A stretch of DNA of 63,445 nt, the filler included, from Patellaria atrata CBS 101060 (taxonomy: Eukaryota): the NCBI GenBank assembly GCA_010093705.1. It is 9 parts of 9 records of this genome, joined end to end, with 100 filler letters (N's around TTAATTAATTAA, not from the genome) between each part and the next. Parts side by side here need not be neighbours in the genome. Positions count along the whole stretch, not along the records: positions 28,416 to 37,694 come from MU006138.1; positions 37,795 to 40,696 come from MU006139.1; positions 40,797 to 48,995 come from MU006140.1; 6 more parts are not named here. The stretch is one strand, 5' to 3'. Position numbers and translations under genes: made by a program. The notes beneath the pieces are model-generated. The model saw only the letters and a list, made by a program, of their open reading frames with translations, was not told where the DNA came from and did no database searches. Positions 29,454 through 45,317 of the stretch are shown here, piece by piece. The stretch's first letter is position 1, and each line of letters opens with the position of its first letter.

Positions 29454-31131
29454 CTTTCTTTAAGCGGTGGTAGCTTATCGAATATAGATTTCGAGAATAT
29501 ATAGGCTAAGTGGTAGTATTTCTTAGATAACTTTTCGTAGATTATCGCTTTATAAGCGTCTTCGTCTTCGTCTAAAGAGTTTTCGTTTTCCGAGAGTCGA
29601 TTTTATATTAAGGAGTTAATTTTATATAGACTTATAGTATCTATAATAATGTTTTTACGCTTTATATTCTTTAAGTAGTTTTCTCCGCTAACTAAATAAA
29701 TATTTATATAAATCCCGGTAATATTAACCCGTTTACTCGACTTTAGCTTCGACTTTTTAGAGAGTTCCGGCGTCTCTCTTTTCGTTAGGTTCGATAGTTC
29801 TAATTTCATTTTTCGGAGATTAAAGTCGACGTTCTTAATCTATAAACTTAGTTACTTTTATTAAAATAGTTACGGTTTCCTTCTCTAGTTAACTAATACT
29901 TTCTATCGGTTACGTTCTCGTTTATCGATAGCTTTATCTCGTCGTTTTATATCGAATTAGTGCTATAGGTTAGTTTAGGTTTATAGCTTATTCTTTAAAA
30001 TCACGATATCTTATTACTAGTCTTTAACTATAGTAGCTTATTCTAGCTAAATAATCCGATAATACCTATAATTAAGTAGGTTATTAGTCTTAAAGAACTA
30101 CTTCTTACCTATAAATATATTATTATAGCCCGTATCCGTTATTATAATCGATGTTAACCACCTTCGTCCTCTAATCACGAGACTCGCCTTAAGTACTTAG
30201 TTAATTAGTGCTATCTTCAAATTATTAAAGGTATTAACTTCGATCTTCTAGTCTATCTTTTTAACTTCAATTCCGAGGCGTTATTTTAGAGCGAGTAGTT
30301 ATCTCTTATTTAGTAGAGTATATCTTTAAGCTCTAGTATCGATTAAAGCTCTAAGCTATATTATAATTCTATTCTTCGAGATTTAGTATAGTATCGTGAA
30401 TAGTTTTTCTAATACTAGATTATTAATCGATATTACTAATACTCTTACTATTAACCCTAATATAAAGTCTCTATTTAGGGTTTCTCGTTTTCCGAATCTA
30501 ATCCTAAATTGAACTTTAAGCTCTAATACTCGTCTTTCTAGATCGACTTTACTTCGATTATCTTCTTTAGTCCCCGGTATTCTAACGCTCTATATCTAGC
30601 CTTATTATAGTTAAAGTAGTTATCTATAAACTTCTAAATAGTTATAGTCTACTCTATTACTTATAATATTATAGGTAAAGTGGTTCCTCCGTTCTCTAAT
30701 TAATATAAAGTTCTATTTATTATTATTAAGATAGAAGTTATTCTAGTTAGTTTATTATATTTTTAACTCTCTTTATAAGCTTTATTAGCTTTACCTAACC
30801 TTTCTAGCTCTCGTATTTATATCGTGGCTTTACTATAATACTTCTAAAAGTTAATTTCGTCGTTATCTATAACTTTCACTATTATTAGCCTTAAATTATC
30901 GTAAAGTCTATTATAGAGTTCCTCTTTCCATTATATGACGGCGTAGCGGTTATAAAGAATCGAGTTGGATTGCAACTAGTATAACCTAACTATAGTGTAA
31001 AGAGATTAAGTTAAGGAAAGAAGAAGTTATAATCGCGCGATCTACTAGTATTAAGCACGTAGCGGTAGAACCTCGGCGCGACTACTACTAATAAGGGAAA
31101 GTAGGAAATGATAATCTATAACATCGTCACA

Positions 31132-31150
31132 CTATCCCCCCCCCTAAAAG
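31132..31150 (-). promoter_or_regulatory. Polypurine tract of family B element
   Basis: Minus strand reads AGGGGGGGGGATAG immediately before the 3' LTR. Confidence 0.85.
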
Positions 31151-31225
31151 TAGAAATCGCTAACTGGTTACGGATTTCTACGGTAACGTTCGCCTTATCT
31201 ATACTCACTTTCGACGCCTTTGAAT

Positions 31226-34200
31226 CTAAGCTGGACCTTTCTTCTCGGCTTTGTCGTCGTCTAGATGTGGTTCCAGTTCGTGGTTATCGGCCCGATAGGC
31301 TTTAAGCCATACGTTCAATCGGATCGGAGGCCCAGCGTCTAATGGTCTCTCGTCGTGAAACTCCTCTATCTTGTGCGGGGCTCCGATGAAATTTAAGGCT
31401 AGATACCACGTATCGTCGGGGTCATAACCTACCCAGCTTACTTTATATTGTAGTTGACCCCGTACGATGCGGCTAGCTAACACCTTATCGACTTCGTACT
31501 CCGGTTCCCCGTCAATCTCGACTGGTGGGGGTGGTTCTAGCTGCTGGCCTGGAAGTGGATCCATAGTAGCCTTTCTCAGCCTATCCGCGTGGAACACGTT
31601 CGACATCTTCATATTGGGTGGTAGGTCTACTATATAGGAGTACCCTTTCATACCGGTAATCTTATACGGTCCGGCGTTTTGGTAGTCTAGTTTAACGCTT
31701 GGTCTATCCGAAGTCTAGCCCTTCCGAGTGATAAAGACGTAGTCGCCCGGCCCGAAGTCCGGCTCTCGACGGTGCTTGTTAGCTGCTTTGGCTTGCGTTG
31801 CTTGTGCCCGAGCCAAGTTCCCTCTAGCCCACTTGACAGCATCGTGGGTTCGTTTTGCAAACTGCTGTGCCTCTTCTCGGCTCATACGATCCCTGACGGT
31901 CTTGCAGCTGTCTAGGTTAGTACGCTCGTGCCAATCAAAGTGCATCCGTGGTTTGTATCCGAGTTCTAATTCGTATGGTGAGATACCCGTTGATTCGTGG
32001 GTTAGCGTTGCCTGGGCGAAGTCCACGGCTGGTATCAATTCCGACCAGTCGTCTTGGTGGTGGTTCACAAAGGGGCGTAGTCTTAGGTCGATATATTGGT
32101 TTATAATCTCCGTACCACCATTTGTCTAGGAGTGATATACCGTGGATAGCTTCTGCTTGACCCTCGTCAGTTTACATAGCTCGTCTGTAAATGCCGAGAT
32201 AAATTGGGGTCCTCGGTCAGACGTTGCCGTTTCGGGTGTGCCGTATATTCTCCATACGTATTCGTAATACAGCTTGGCTGCTAATTTAGCGGATACGTCT
32301 CGTTTACAAGGTATAGAGATGGTTCGTTTCCCAAGTCTATCAACGACAACGAAGATCATCTCAAATCCGTGTTTATCCTTTGGAAACGACTTAAAGTCGA
32401 ACGCCACATGCTGCCAGCATCTATCCCCGATCGGTAAAGGTTTTAGTAAGCCTGGAGCTTTGTCTCTCGGCACGTGCGTCCGGCGGCACGTATGACAGTT
32501 TCGTACGTATCTCTCTACGTCAGCTATTAGGCCCGGCCAGTAGTATCGATCTCTAACTAGATCTTTTGTTTTCCGTACTCCTGGGTGCCCGGTCACTAGG
32601 GTATCATGGATGTCTCGGAGTAGGTATGTACGGAGGTTGCCAACGTCCGGTACCATCAGCCGGTCAAACCGTAGTAGTAGGCCTTCGCGGATGTTCCAGT
32701 GCTTTTCTCTCGTCTCAGCTTGCTTCCGAAAGGGGGCTAGCGACTCGTGCGTTCTATTCTCTTGGATAATCTTATCGATAAGTTCAATTGGTGATAGCCG
32801 CTCTACTGGCGCTTCTTGAGACCCCGGGGCTAGCTGTCTATGCAATTCGGAATCGCCCTTCTCTATACCGGGTTCTAGCTAGTCTATAACAGTTCTGGGT
32901 CCTCTCCTTTCCTCTCTTCCGGTTCCGTGATTTCCCGGGCCGGACTGGGGCGAATTAGATGTAATGCCTGCCCGGCTCTGGTTTGGTGCAGTTGGCTCAA
33001 CCGTGCCCTCCTCCTTCCTGGATGTATGTCTCATCGGTTTTGTTGTCGTGGTAGGAGGTGTCAAGAGCTTGACCGGGGCACCCTTGGGTGTAGCAAGAGC
33101 ACGAGCACAAGCTCGGCTAGATCTCGTGGAGAGGTGGCTTGTAGCCACCACTATCTGCGGGTGAAGTAGTACCTGGGTTCGTGCGGCGATATCTTTCTCC
33201 TTAGCTGTCTTGAGATCCTCCTACTTCCGAGATAGAGCGTCGGCGACTACGTTCTCTACTCCGGGCCGATACTTGATCCGGAAGTGAAAGTCGGCTAAGG
33301 CCTCGCTCCAACGAGCTTGCCGTGCGTTGAGTAACCGTTTCGTTGTGAAGTACTCTAGGGCTCGGTGGTTAGTAATGATAGTGAAGGGCACTTGCTGCAA
33401 TCCTACCAGTATACTCTTCCATTCGGCTAGTGCTCTCACGATAGCGAGCATCTCCTTATCGTGGATCTCGTATCTCAATTTAGACTCCGAGAGCGTTTTA
33501 GTCTAGAAGGCGATAGGCCTCTACTCGTCGCCGTGCTTCTACGAGATGGCTATAGCCATTACCCCGTCGCTACAGTCTAATTCGACCCTAGTTTCTAGCA
33601 AGGGGCTGTAGTGCGCTATCACTTAGTCTGATAGTATTAGTTGTTTTGCTCTCTTAAAGGCCTCACGTTCTCTTAGCCCGAGCGGCTGCTAGGGTACTCC
33701 TTTCTTGACACGGCTTATTAGTGGCCGTATTACTCGTCCGAACTTGTCGAGGAACTTCCGGTAGAAGTTATAGAATCCGATAAAAGATTATATACCTTTA
33801 ACGCTCGTTAGTAGTTACCAATTCCGGACTACTTCTATTTTCTCTAGGTCTATAGCTAGGCCGTCTATACTAATAATAAATCTAAGGAACCTTATCTTAG
33901 TCACGTGGAACTCGCTCTTCTTAATATCGGCCTATAGGCTAGCTTCGGCTAACGCTTCCAGCACCTTAGTGACGTGCGCTCTATACTCTATCGGGCACGT
34001 AGAATAGACTAGAATATCGTCCACGTAGACTATATAGAAGTTATCTAGATATTTAAAGAGAGCCTTGTTAATAAACCGTTGGAAAGAGGCGGGGCCATTA
34101 TATAGACTAAATGGTAACACCTTATATTTAAAGGAGCCGTACCGGGTTCGGAACGTGGTAAGATCTTTAGCTGACTCCATTATTCGTATCCGGTAGAATG

Positions 34201-35545
34201 CTTACCGTACGTCAAGTTTCGTGAATATCTTTACGCGTTATAGCCGGGCTAACGTCTCTTCTATAAGTGGTAATAGGTACTTATCTTTCTTAGTGATACT
34301 ATTAAGCTTTCGGTAGTCCACGTAGAATCTCTAACCACCACCCGGCTTCTTAGCGAATAATACTAGAGATATATACGGTGCCTCGCTCGGCTCGATAAAC
34401 CCTTTTTAGAGGTGCTCTTCTAGGTAGTCCTTTGCCAACTGAAGATGCTCGATCGGCATATTATATAGCGGGCTCGTTGCTAGATTATTATCTTGCTCTA
34501 GTATAATGTTATAGTTAACTCCCTCTCGATAAGGAGGTAGCTGGTCTAATACGTGCTTTAAGAACACGTGAGAGAGGTGATAATACTCTATAGGTAGCTT
34601 TTCTAGTACTATCGCCTTAAGCCCTTCCTCGTCGTTTGGTAATAGATCTTCGTCTTCCCCGAGCCTATCTTGGATTAGAGAATTAATCTCGTATAAACTC
34701 GTGGCTCTAATAACTATATCCGGTCTCCGAGCATTCCGTAGATAACCTTTAGCACCGACTATATAAATATTTAACTCTATTCCGGATATATCGACACGTC
34801 GACCTACTTTCGACTTCTCTAAAAGCTCTAGGGTCTCTTTTTCTACTATATCCGATAGCTCTATCTCTATCCTTCGTATACTCAAATTTAGTTCTCGTCT
34901 CCACGATCTCGGTTATTTCCACCTAAATAGTGTGGGCTTTTCCTTCTATCTAGTCCTAGCCTTTAGACGCTACGCCTCTCGTTTATCGGATACTTTATCT
35001 CTCCGTTCTATATCGACTTAGTGGACTGGATCTACTATAGTCTATAATTCTCTCTTTAGTATTACAATGTCTCGTTGCTGGTCCTCGATCGCTATAGCCT
35101 ATAGTGGCTAGAAGATCGCGTTATACTTATAGTCTAGTAGGCCGCCTATCTTTGAGAACCACTCTCTTCCGATCAGTATATCGGTACGGCCCGTGTTAGT
35201 TACTAGGATAGGGGTTTTCCATCGTCTACTAGCGAGCACGAGACTAGCTTCAACTATCTCGTCGATTAGTTCTACTATTGAGCTGTTAAAACCCTTCACG
35301 TCGATACGTGGTATCTTCTTCGGCTCGATGCCTAGTCGTTATTTCAATATAGGTAACCACTTCCTATTTAGAAGGGCGTACCCTTAGGCTCCTATATCGA
35401 TTAGGGCCCTAAGCTATATTGCGATTCCGTTTCTTAATACTCGGCACGGTATAGTGAAAGGTTCCTCCGTGATTAGATCGTTTACTAGTACTCTTAATAC
35501 TCTCACTAATAACCCTAAAGCGGAGTCTCTACTTAGGGTTCCTCG
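31226..35545 (-). pseudogene. pol: Family B pol (protease, RT, RNase H, integrase, chromodomain), single frame broken by RIP stops
   Basis: Motifs YVDDILVYS (RT), YEIHDKEMLAIVRAL (RH), HDTLVTGHPG..CHTC, FDF/SDRGPQF (IN), AGPY and EYEVDKVL..YKVSWVGY (chromodomain, about 31355-31501). The minus-strand pol ORF fragments are all in the same frame. Confidence 0.95.
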
Positions 35546-36960
35546 TTTTCCGGTTCTAATTCCTGGCCTAACTCGTTTTGCTCCGCTTAAGCTGACTTAA
35601 CCTCGGCTATCTTTCTTTATACTCGGCAATTAGCCGATCGGTGCCCCGGCTTGCCGTAGTTAAAGCAATTTCCCGTGAACTTTCGAACCGTTATAGTACT
35701 CTAGTCTATTAATTGTTATAGAGGAGTAGCTATGCCCGAAACTCTATCCGATCGCTAGGTCGTGGTTCTACTCGTTACCGTGGTATTTGAAGCTACTCCG
35801 GTGGTCTTACGCTTCTATTACTTCTCTTATCGCTCTTTCGACTCCTAGCTCTACTTCTCTAGGCCTCGTGCTTAAAGCGTTACTCGTTAATAGAACTCTT
35901 CAAAACTAATATTATCGTTTACCACGTCTAACATTATAACCTATCGTAGAGAACTATATAGCTTCTCGTGGATCTCTTCTTTCTATTAGTCTCTAGATAA
36001 CTTAGCCTCCGTGGCTAGACGAATAAAGTCTAACTAGAATTTCGTAAAGTCCGCTAGGTAGCCCTAGTTTAGCTTTCTCAGCTCATCTTTAGCCTTAAAA
36101 CGCCTATTAGGGTCTTTATAAATCTAGTGAATAAACCTAAGTAGGTCCTTAAGTGTAACGGTCTCGCTATCTTCCGTTTTTAACTCTAGGTATAGATATA
36201 CCTAATCGGCTGACTATCCACCTATCCTCGTCTTAGTGTATACTACCTAATCTCTATCCGTTAGGTACTAGTCAGCATTGCACTCGAGTTTATCCATTAA
36301 CTAGCTCTTTTATATTCGGTAAGTTAGATCCTTACCATCGGTTAGTATAGGTGGGTCGGGGAACTTGCTCGACTTGTCGCTTCTACTCCCTAGGGTTCTC
36401 GCGCTTCCTATTATATCTTCCGTTATAGCACGGTCGGTTCGGTTCCGGTTAGCCCGTGCTCGCGCTAGCTAATCACGTAGGGCCTAATTCTCATTTTAAA
36501 GGTCCTCTATAATCTCCTCGTTAGCTTTATATATAGCTATCTTCTACGCTATCTCTTCGTAGTACTATCTAGTTATCCCGGCTAGTGTCTTCACTTGCTC
36601 CTCGCGGGCTACTAGTCGTAATAGGCTTTATAAATATTCTTCTACGAAGTTATCTAGGTTATCTTACAATACTCGTTTAATATCTTCAATACTATTAATA
36701 TGTTCTTGACCTAGGGTAGTCTTATATCCTAGCTCCTGCCGCTCACACCTATCCTCGCACTATTATAGTATATCTTAGAGGTCCTCCTCGAGCATTTCCT
36801 CCGTGATCGGTACGCTAACTAGCGCGACTTTTGAGGAGCGCCGGTTATATCTAGTACTCTTCCCTTTTAATCTAGTATTATACTCCGTAGTAAGGTGGTC
36901 TATAGGTCCGGTGTCTCTCACGGTGTCTTCCCGCGTCGTTATTCCTAATGGTCTAACCAT
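35533..36960 (-). pseudogene. gag: Family B gag (476 codons with RIP stops)
   Basis: Begins MVRPL like family A MVKPL, carries a degenerate CCHC knuckle near 35630-35670, and ends ENEEP*. Confidence 0.85.
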
Positions 36961-36975
36961 CTTGTAGTGGTTTAC

Positions 36976-37133
36976 TCGTCGTCGGTCTTGATACTCTCGA
37001 GTGCCGGATAAACTCGTGGTCTTCGGTCTTAATACTCTTAAGCACCGGGTTTCTCTCGTTATCGTCGGTCCTGATACTCTTAGGTGCCGGATAAACTCGT
37101 GGTCTTCGGTCTTGATACTCTTAAGCACCGGGT
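36976..37133 (-). repeat. Family B leader tandem repeat, 4 units of 41/42 bp (2 x 83-bp higher-order unit)
   Basis: The core cggtc(t/c)t(g/a)atactct recurs at 36983, 37024, 37066 and 37107. Confidence 0.85.
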
Positions 37134-37171
37134 TAGAATATTATATCGCCTTTCTAAGGCCGTGGTGGTGG

Positions 37172-37181
37172 AACTTAATCT
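37172..37181 (-). promoter_or_regulatory. Self-priming PBS of family B (AGATTAAGTT), complementary to LTR 37253-37262
   Basis: Perfect 10-nt complement starting 2 nt after the 5' LTR; Tf1-type arrangement. Confidence 0.75.
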
Positions 37182-37581
37182 AATATGACGGCGTAGCGGT
37201 TATAGAGAATCGAGTTAGATTGTAACTAGTATAACCTAACTATAGTGTAAAGAGATTAAGTTAAGGAAAGAAGAAGTTATAGTCGCGCGATCTACTAGTA
37301 TCAAGCACGTAGCGGTAGAACCTCGGCGCGACTACTACTAATAAGGGAAAGTAGGAAATAATAATCTATAATATCGTTATATATTAGTCGCGTAATAACC
37401 TAGCTTTATTAACTAGCCGGATAAATATAGACTAGAACTTTAGAAAGTCTATTAAATAACCTTATCTTAACTTCTTTAGTTTATCTCTAACTTTTAGTCG
37501 CCTATTTAGGTCCTTATAGATTTAGTTTAGAAATCTTATTAGCCTTATTAAGATTACGTCGTCCTCCTCCGATTCTAAGAA

Positions 37582-37694
37582 TATAATAATATAGTATAGC
37601 TATAGTAATCGTATTTTAACTATCTCTATTACTAACTACTAAGTGTGGAGATTAAGTTAAGGAATAATAATATCGTGGGCCGAATATCCGTATA
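37582..37694 (-). mobile_element. Partial family A LTR inserted into host gag
   Basis: Matches 7391-7503; truncated by contig edge. Confidence 0.85.
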
Positions 37695-37794
37695 NNNNNN
37701 NNNNNNNNNNNNNNNNNNNNNNNNNNNNNNNNNNNNNNTTAATTAATTAANNNNNNNNNNNNNNNNNNNNNNNNNNNNNNNNNNNNNNNNNNNN

Positions 37795-40696
<2,902 letters not shown>

Positions 40697-40939
40697 NNNN
40701 NNNNNNNNNNNNNNNNNNNNNNNNNNNNNNNNNNNNNNNNTTAATTAATTAANNNNNNNNNNNNNNNNNNNNNNNNNNNNNNNNNNNNNNNNNNNNTACT
40801 TTTATTTATATATTTTTCTTTTAATTATTATTATTAATTATTTTTTAAATTTAATAATATAAATATTTATAAATATATTTTTATATATTATTAATTTAGT
40901 TTTTTTTATAAATTATATAAATTTCAATTAAATTATAAT

Positions 40940-43900
40940 TATAATAATATTATAAATTATTATTTTCTATTTTTCTTTATTAATAATAATTATATTAAGA
41001 TTCTACTATTATATATTTAATATTAATAGATTATATAATTATAATTTCTTTTTTTTTTAATTTAATCTCTTTATATTATAGTTAAATTATATTAGTTATA
41101 ATTTAATTTAATTCTCTATAATTATTATATTATTATATTAAATTAAATTTTATTATTATAGCTTTAAAAAGATAATATAATATTTTAATTTAATATTTAA
41201 AAGTATTAAAATTAAAAACTATAAATTTATCTAATATTTAAAAGTATTAAGATTAATAATAATAAAAGAAATTTAGTATTTAAAAGTATTAAAATTAAAG
41301 ATTATAAGTTTATCTAGTATTTAAAAATATTAAAATCGATAATAATAAAAGAAATTTAATATTTAAAAGTATTAAAATTAAAGATTATAAATTTATTTAA
41401 TACTTAAAAGTATTAAAATTAATAATAAATAAATTATTATAAAATAATTAAACTATTAAAAATAATAATATAAAAAGATATTATAAAAAATATTAAATTT
41501 ATAAATTATTTTACTATAAAATATAATATTAAATTAAAAGAGAAAAGTATTAAATATAATTAATATTTCTTAAAAATCGCGTTAATTAATATATCGATTA
41601 TAGAGGAAATACTTAAAAAGAATCTTTAAGATATATTATAATAATATAAAAATAAATATAAACGATAAAAGTTAAAATATAAAACTATTTTAAATTAAGA
41701 ATATATTAATAATATTAAAGATATTAAATAAATATTATAAAATAATCTAGATAATTTTATAAAAGAATATTTATAAAATTTATTATAATTAATAATCTAT
41801 AAAAAGTAAATAAAAATACTAGTTAAAATAACTAAATAATATTATAAAAAGATAATATAAAAGATAATTATATATAAAATTAATAAAAAAATTATAAAGA
41901 ATTTTTAAAATAAAAATTAAGTTTTATATAATTAATTAATATAAATATAAATTAATTAGAACTAAACTAATTATATTATAATAGAAGATATAATAAAAAA
42001 CGTGAGAATCTTAAAAAATAAAAATAATAAATTAAATAAATTCTCTAATTTATTTATATTAATTAATAGTAAAAATTTAACTTATTAAATATAAAAGAGT
42101 TAATTAATAGATAAACTTAAATATAATATTAACTAATATCTAATATATAAAGATTAAATAGTATATATTAAAATAAAAATAGATAAATAGTTAATTAATT
42201 AAATATATTTATATTTAAAATTAAAAATAAAAGATAATAAAATTATTATATTTAAAAATTTATTTAAATTTATTTACTAGATTTATAAAGATTTTAATAA
42301 ATATTTTAAGATTAAAAATAAGTTAAGAAAGTTAAATTAAAACTATTTAATAGATTTTATAAAATTTTAATTAAACTTTATTTATTTAATTATAAAGATT
42401 AAATTATCTAGAAATTAATAGAAAAAAGAGATTTATAAAAAGTTATATAATTCTTTATAATAGATTATAATATTAGATATAATAAATAATAATATTAGTT
42501 TTAAAGAGTTTTATTAATAAATAACGTTTTAAGTATAAAGTTTAAAAAAATAAAGTTAAAAGTTAAAAAAACGATAAAAGAAATAATAAAAGTATAAAAT
42601 TATTAAAGTAACTTTAAATATTATAATAATAAATAAAACTATAATTTAATAATTAAATAAAGTTTTAAATATAATTATTTCTTTATAATAATTAATAAAT
42701 TAAAATACTATAATAGTTTAAAAGTTTATAGAAAATTACTTTAACTATAATAAGCCGGGATATTAATTAGCTAATTATCGAGTATAAAGAAAGATAGTTA
42801 AGATTAAATCGATTTAAGTAAAATAAAATAAGTTAAACTAGAAATTAAAATTAAAAAATAAAAAATTTTAAATAAAGATTTTATTTTAAAATTATTAATA
42901 AAAGTATTAAAAATATTAATAAATAATTTAATTATAAAGAAATCTTTTATTATATTATATTAAATATTAAGAAATAGAATTATAATATAATTTAAAACTT
43001 TAATTAATATAAAAATTTAAAAGTATATTCTTTTAAATAAAAAGTAATTATTTATATTAAAATAATAATTAAATATTAAATTAAAGAAAATATTATATAT
43101 TAATATAAAAGATTTTAATAGCTTAATAGTAAAATTAATCGATAAAATAATTAAAACTAATTTTATATTTATTAATAAATAATAGAAAATTCTTATTTTA
43201 GTAATTAATATAAATTATATTAATATATTAATTAAAAGAGAATAATTCTTAAAGATAAATAATTTATTAAATTATAAATATAACACGATTTTTTAGTTAT
43301 TATAAATTATAACGATTAAAAACTAGTAATAAGATATTATAATATTAAAAAGAGAATTATAGATTATAATAAATTTAATTTATTAAGTTAATATAAAATA
43401 AAGAGATAAAGTATTTAATAAATAAAAGATATAACGTTTAAAGATTAAAACTAGATAAAAGAAAAAGTCTATATTATTTAAATAGAAATAATCGAGATTA
43501 TAGAGATAAGAACTAAATTTAAATATATAAAAAATAAAAATAAAATTATTAGATATAATAGAAAAAGAGATTTTAAAACTTTTAAAAAAGTTAAAAATAA
43601 ACTAATATATTAATATATTTAAAATAAAGTTAAATATTTATATAATTAATATTAAAGGTTATTTATAAAATATTTAAAGATTAAATATAATTATTAAAGC
43701 TATAAATTTATATAAAATTAATTTTTTAATTTAAAATAAATTTAAGAAAGATAAAAATTTATTATTAAATAATAAAAAAGAATTTAAGATAATAATATTA
43801 GAAAAGTTATTTATAAAGTATTATTATCTTTTTTATATATTTTTAAAATATATATTAAATTAACTATCTTTTTATTAAAAGAAAGTTAATTATAATATTA

Positions 43901-45317
43901 TATTAAAGTAAAATAATAATTTAGTAATAAATCTATTATATAATATATTAATTAAGTATTTTTAGTTAATAAAGAACTATTTAAAAGAGTATTTTTAAAA
44001 AAAGTTTATTAAATTAAGCGAGATATTATATATATCTTTAATATTATTCGTTAAAAAGTTAGGTAATAGTTAAAAATTCTATATAAACTATTAAAAGCTT
44101 AATAATATTATTAAGAAAAATAAATATCTATTACTATTTATAAAAAAGATATTAGCCCGACTATAATATATAAAGATATTTATAAAACTTAATATATAAT
44201 AAGTATTTTATTAAATATAAATAATAGAGTTAATTAAAGATCTTACTATATTTTAAATCTAATATAGCTTCTTTAAATATTAGATATTACTATTTAATTT
44301 ATATAATAGCTTTATCTTTTTTTAATAATTTATTAATAAAGCTCTTTTTAAATATTTAGATAACTTTTATATAATTTATATAAATAATATTTTAATCTAT
44401 TTTATATACTCGATAAAGTATAAAATATATATTATTAAGATATTAAAAGCGTTAATTAAAGCTAATTTATAAGTTAATATTAAAAAAAGTAAATTTTATA
44501 TAATTAAGATAAAATTTTTTAGATTTATTATTAATATAAATAATTTAGCTATAAATTTAGAGAAAATAAAAGTAGTCTAAAATTAATAATTATTAATAAG
44601 TGTTAAAAGTATATAATTTTTTATTAAATTTTATAACTTTTACTGAAAGTTTCTTAATAAGTTTAAACGAGTAATATAGCTATTAATAAGTTATATTAAG
44701 AAAAAAGTATCTTAATAATCGTTTAAACTAAAAGAATATAAGGCTTTTAAAAGAGTAAAATAACTAATATTATTAAATTAAATAATAATATATTATAGCT
44801 CTTTACTAGAAATTAAGGTCGAATTAAACTATAATAATAAAGTAATAATTATAATTATTTTATAAAAGTATAACGATAAATAGAGACTTATTATCTTCTA
44901 AATTAAAATACTTTTAAAGTTTAAATTAAGATATAAGATTTATAATAAAAAGATATTTATTATTATAAAAGTATTAATTAAATAGAAAAGTATATTAATA
45001 AGATTATAATAAATACTCTTTATTATTATTATTAACTATTAAATTTTAGAGTATTTTATAATAAAATAATTATTTAATATATAGTAAACTTATTAAAATA
45101 AGACTTTAATTAACTTTCACTTCTAGATTAAATATTAATTTAGAGTAAAAAATATAGTTATTAATATTTTATCTTAGAAATAAAAGAATTTTAAGATAAT
45201 TAAAAAGAAAAATATCGCTATATAAATTTAAGTATTATTTTATCTATAAATAGTAATAACTATAAATTATCTTTTTATAAGATTTAGTTAAATTTATATT
45301 TATACTTTTACTATATC
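40940..45317 (+). mobile_element. Heavily RIP'd family B element, 5' LTR (40940-41137) through RNase H
   Basis: RIP'd reverse complement of about 33090-37381. Confidence 0.85.

Larger units (their letters stand above)
30934..37381 (-). mobile_element. Full-length family B chromovirus (Ty3/Gypsy) LTR retrotransposon, RIP-inactivated
   Basis: 198-bp LTRs at 30934-31131 and 37184-37381 differ by 9 transitions (my count). TSD is CATTA/TATTA (host CACTG). Domain order is gag-PR-RT-RH-IN-chromo. Confidence 0.96.
28535..37581 (-). mobile_element. RIP'd family A host element (RT to gag), interrupted by an A solo LTR and a full B element
   Basis: 28535-30933 and 37382-37581 are colinear with about 10180-13140. 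Confidence 0.85.
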
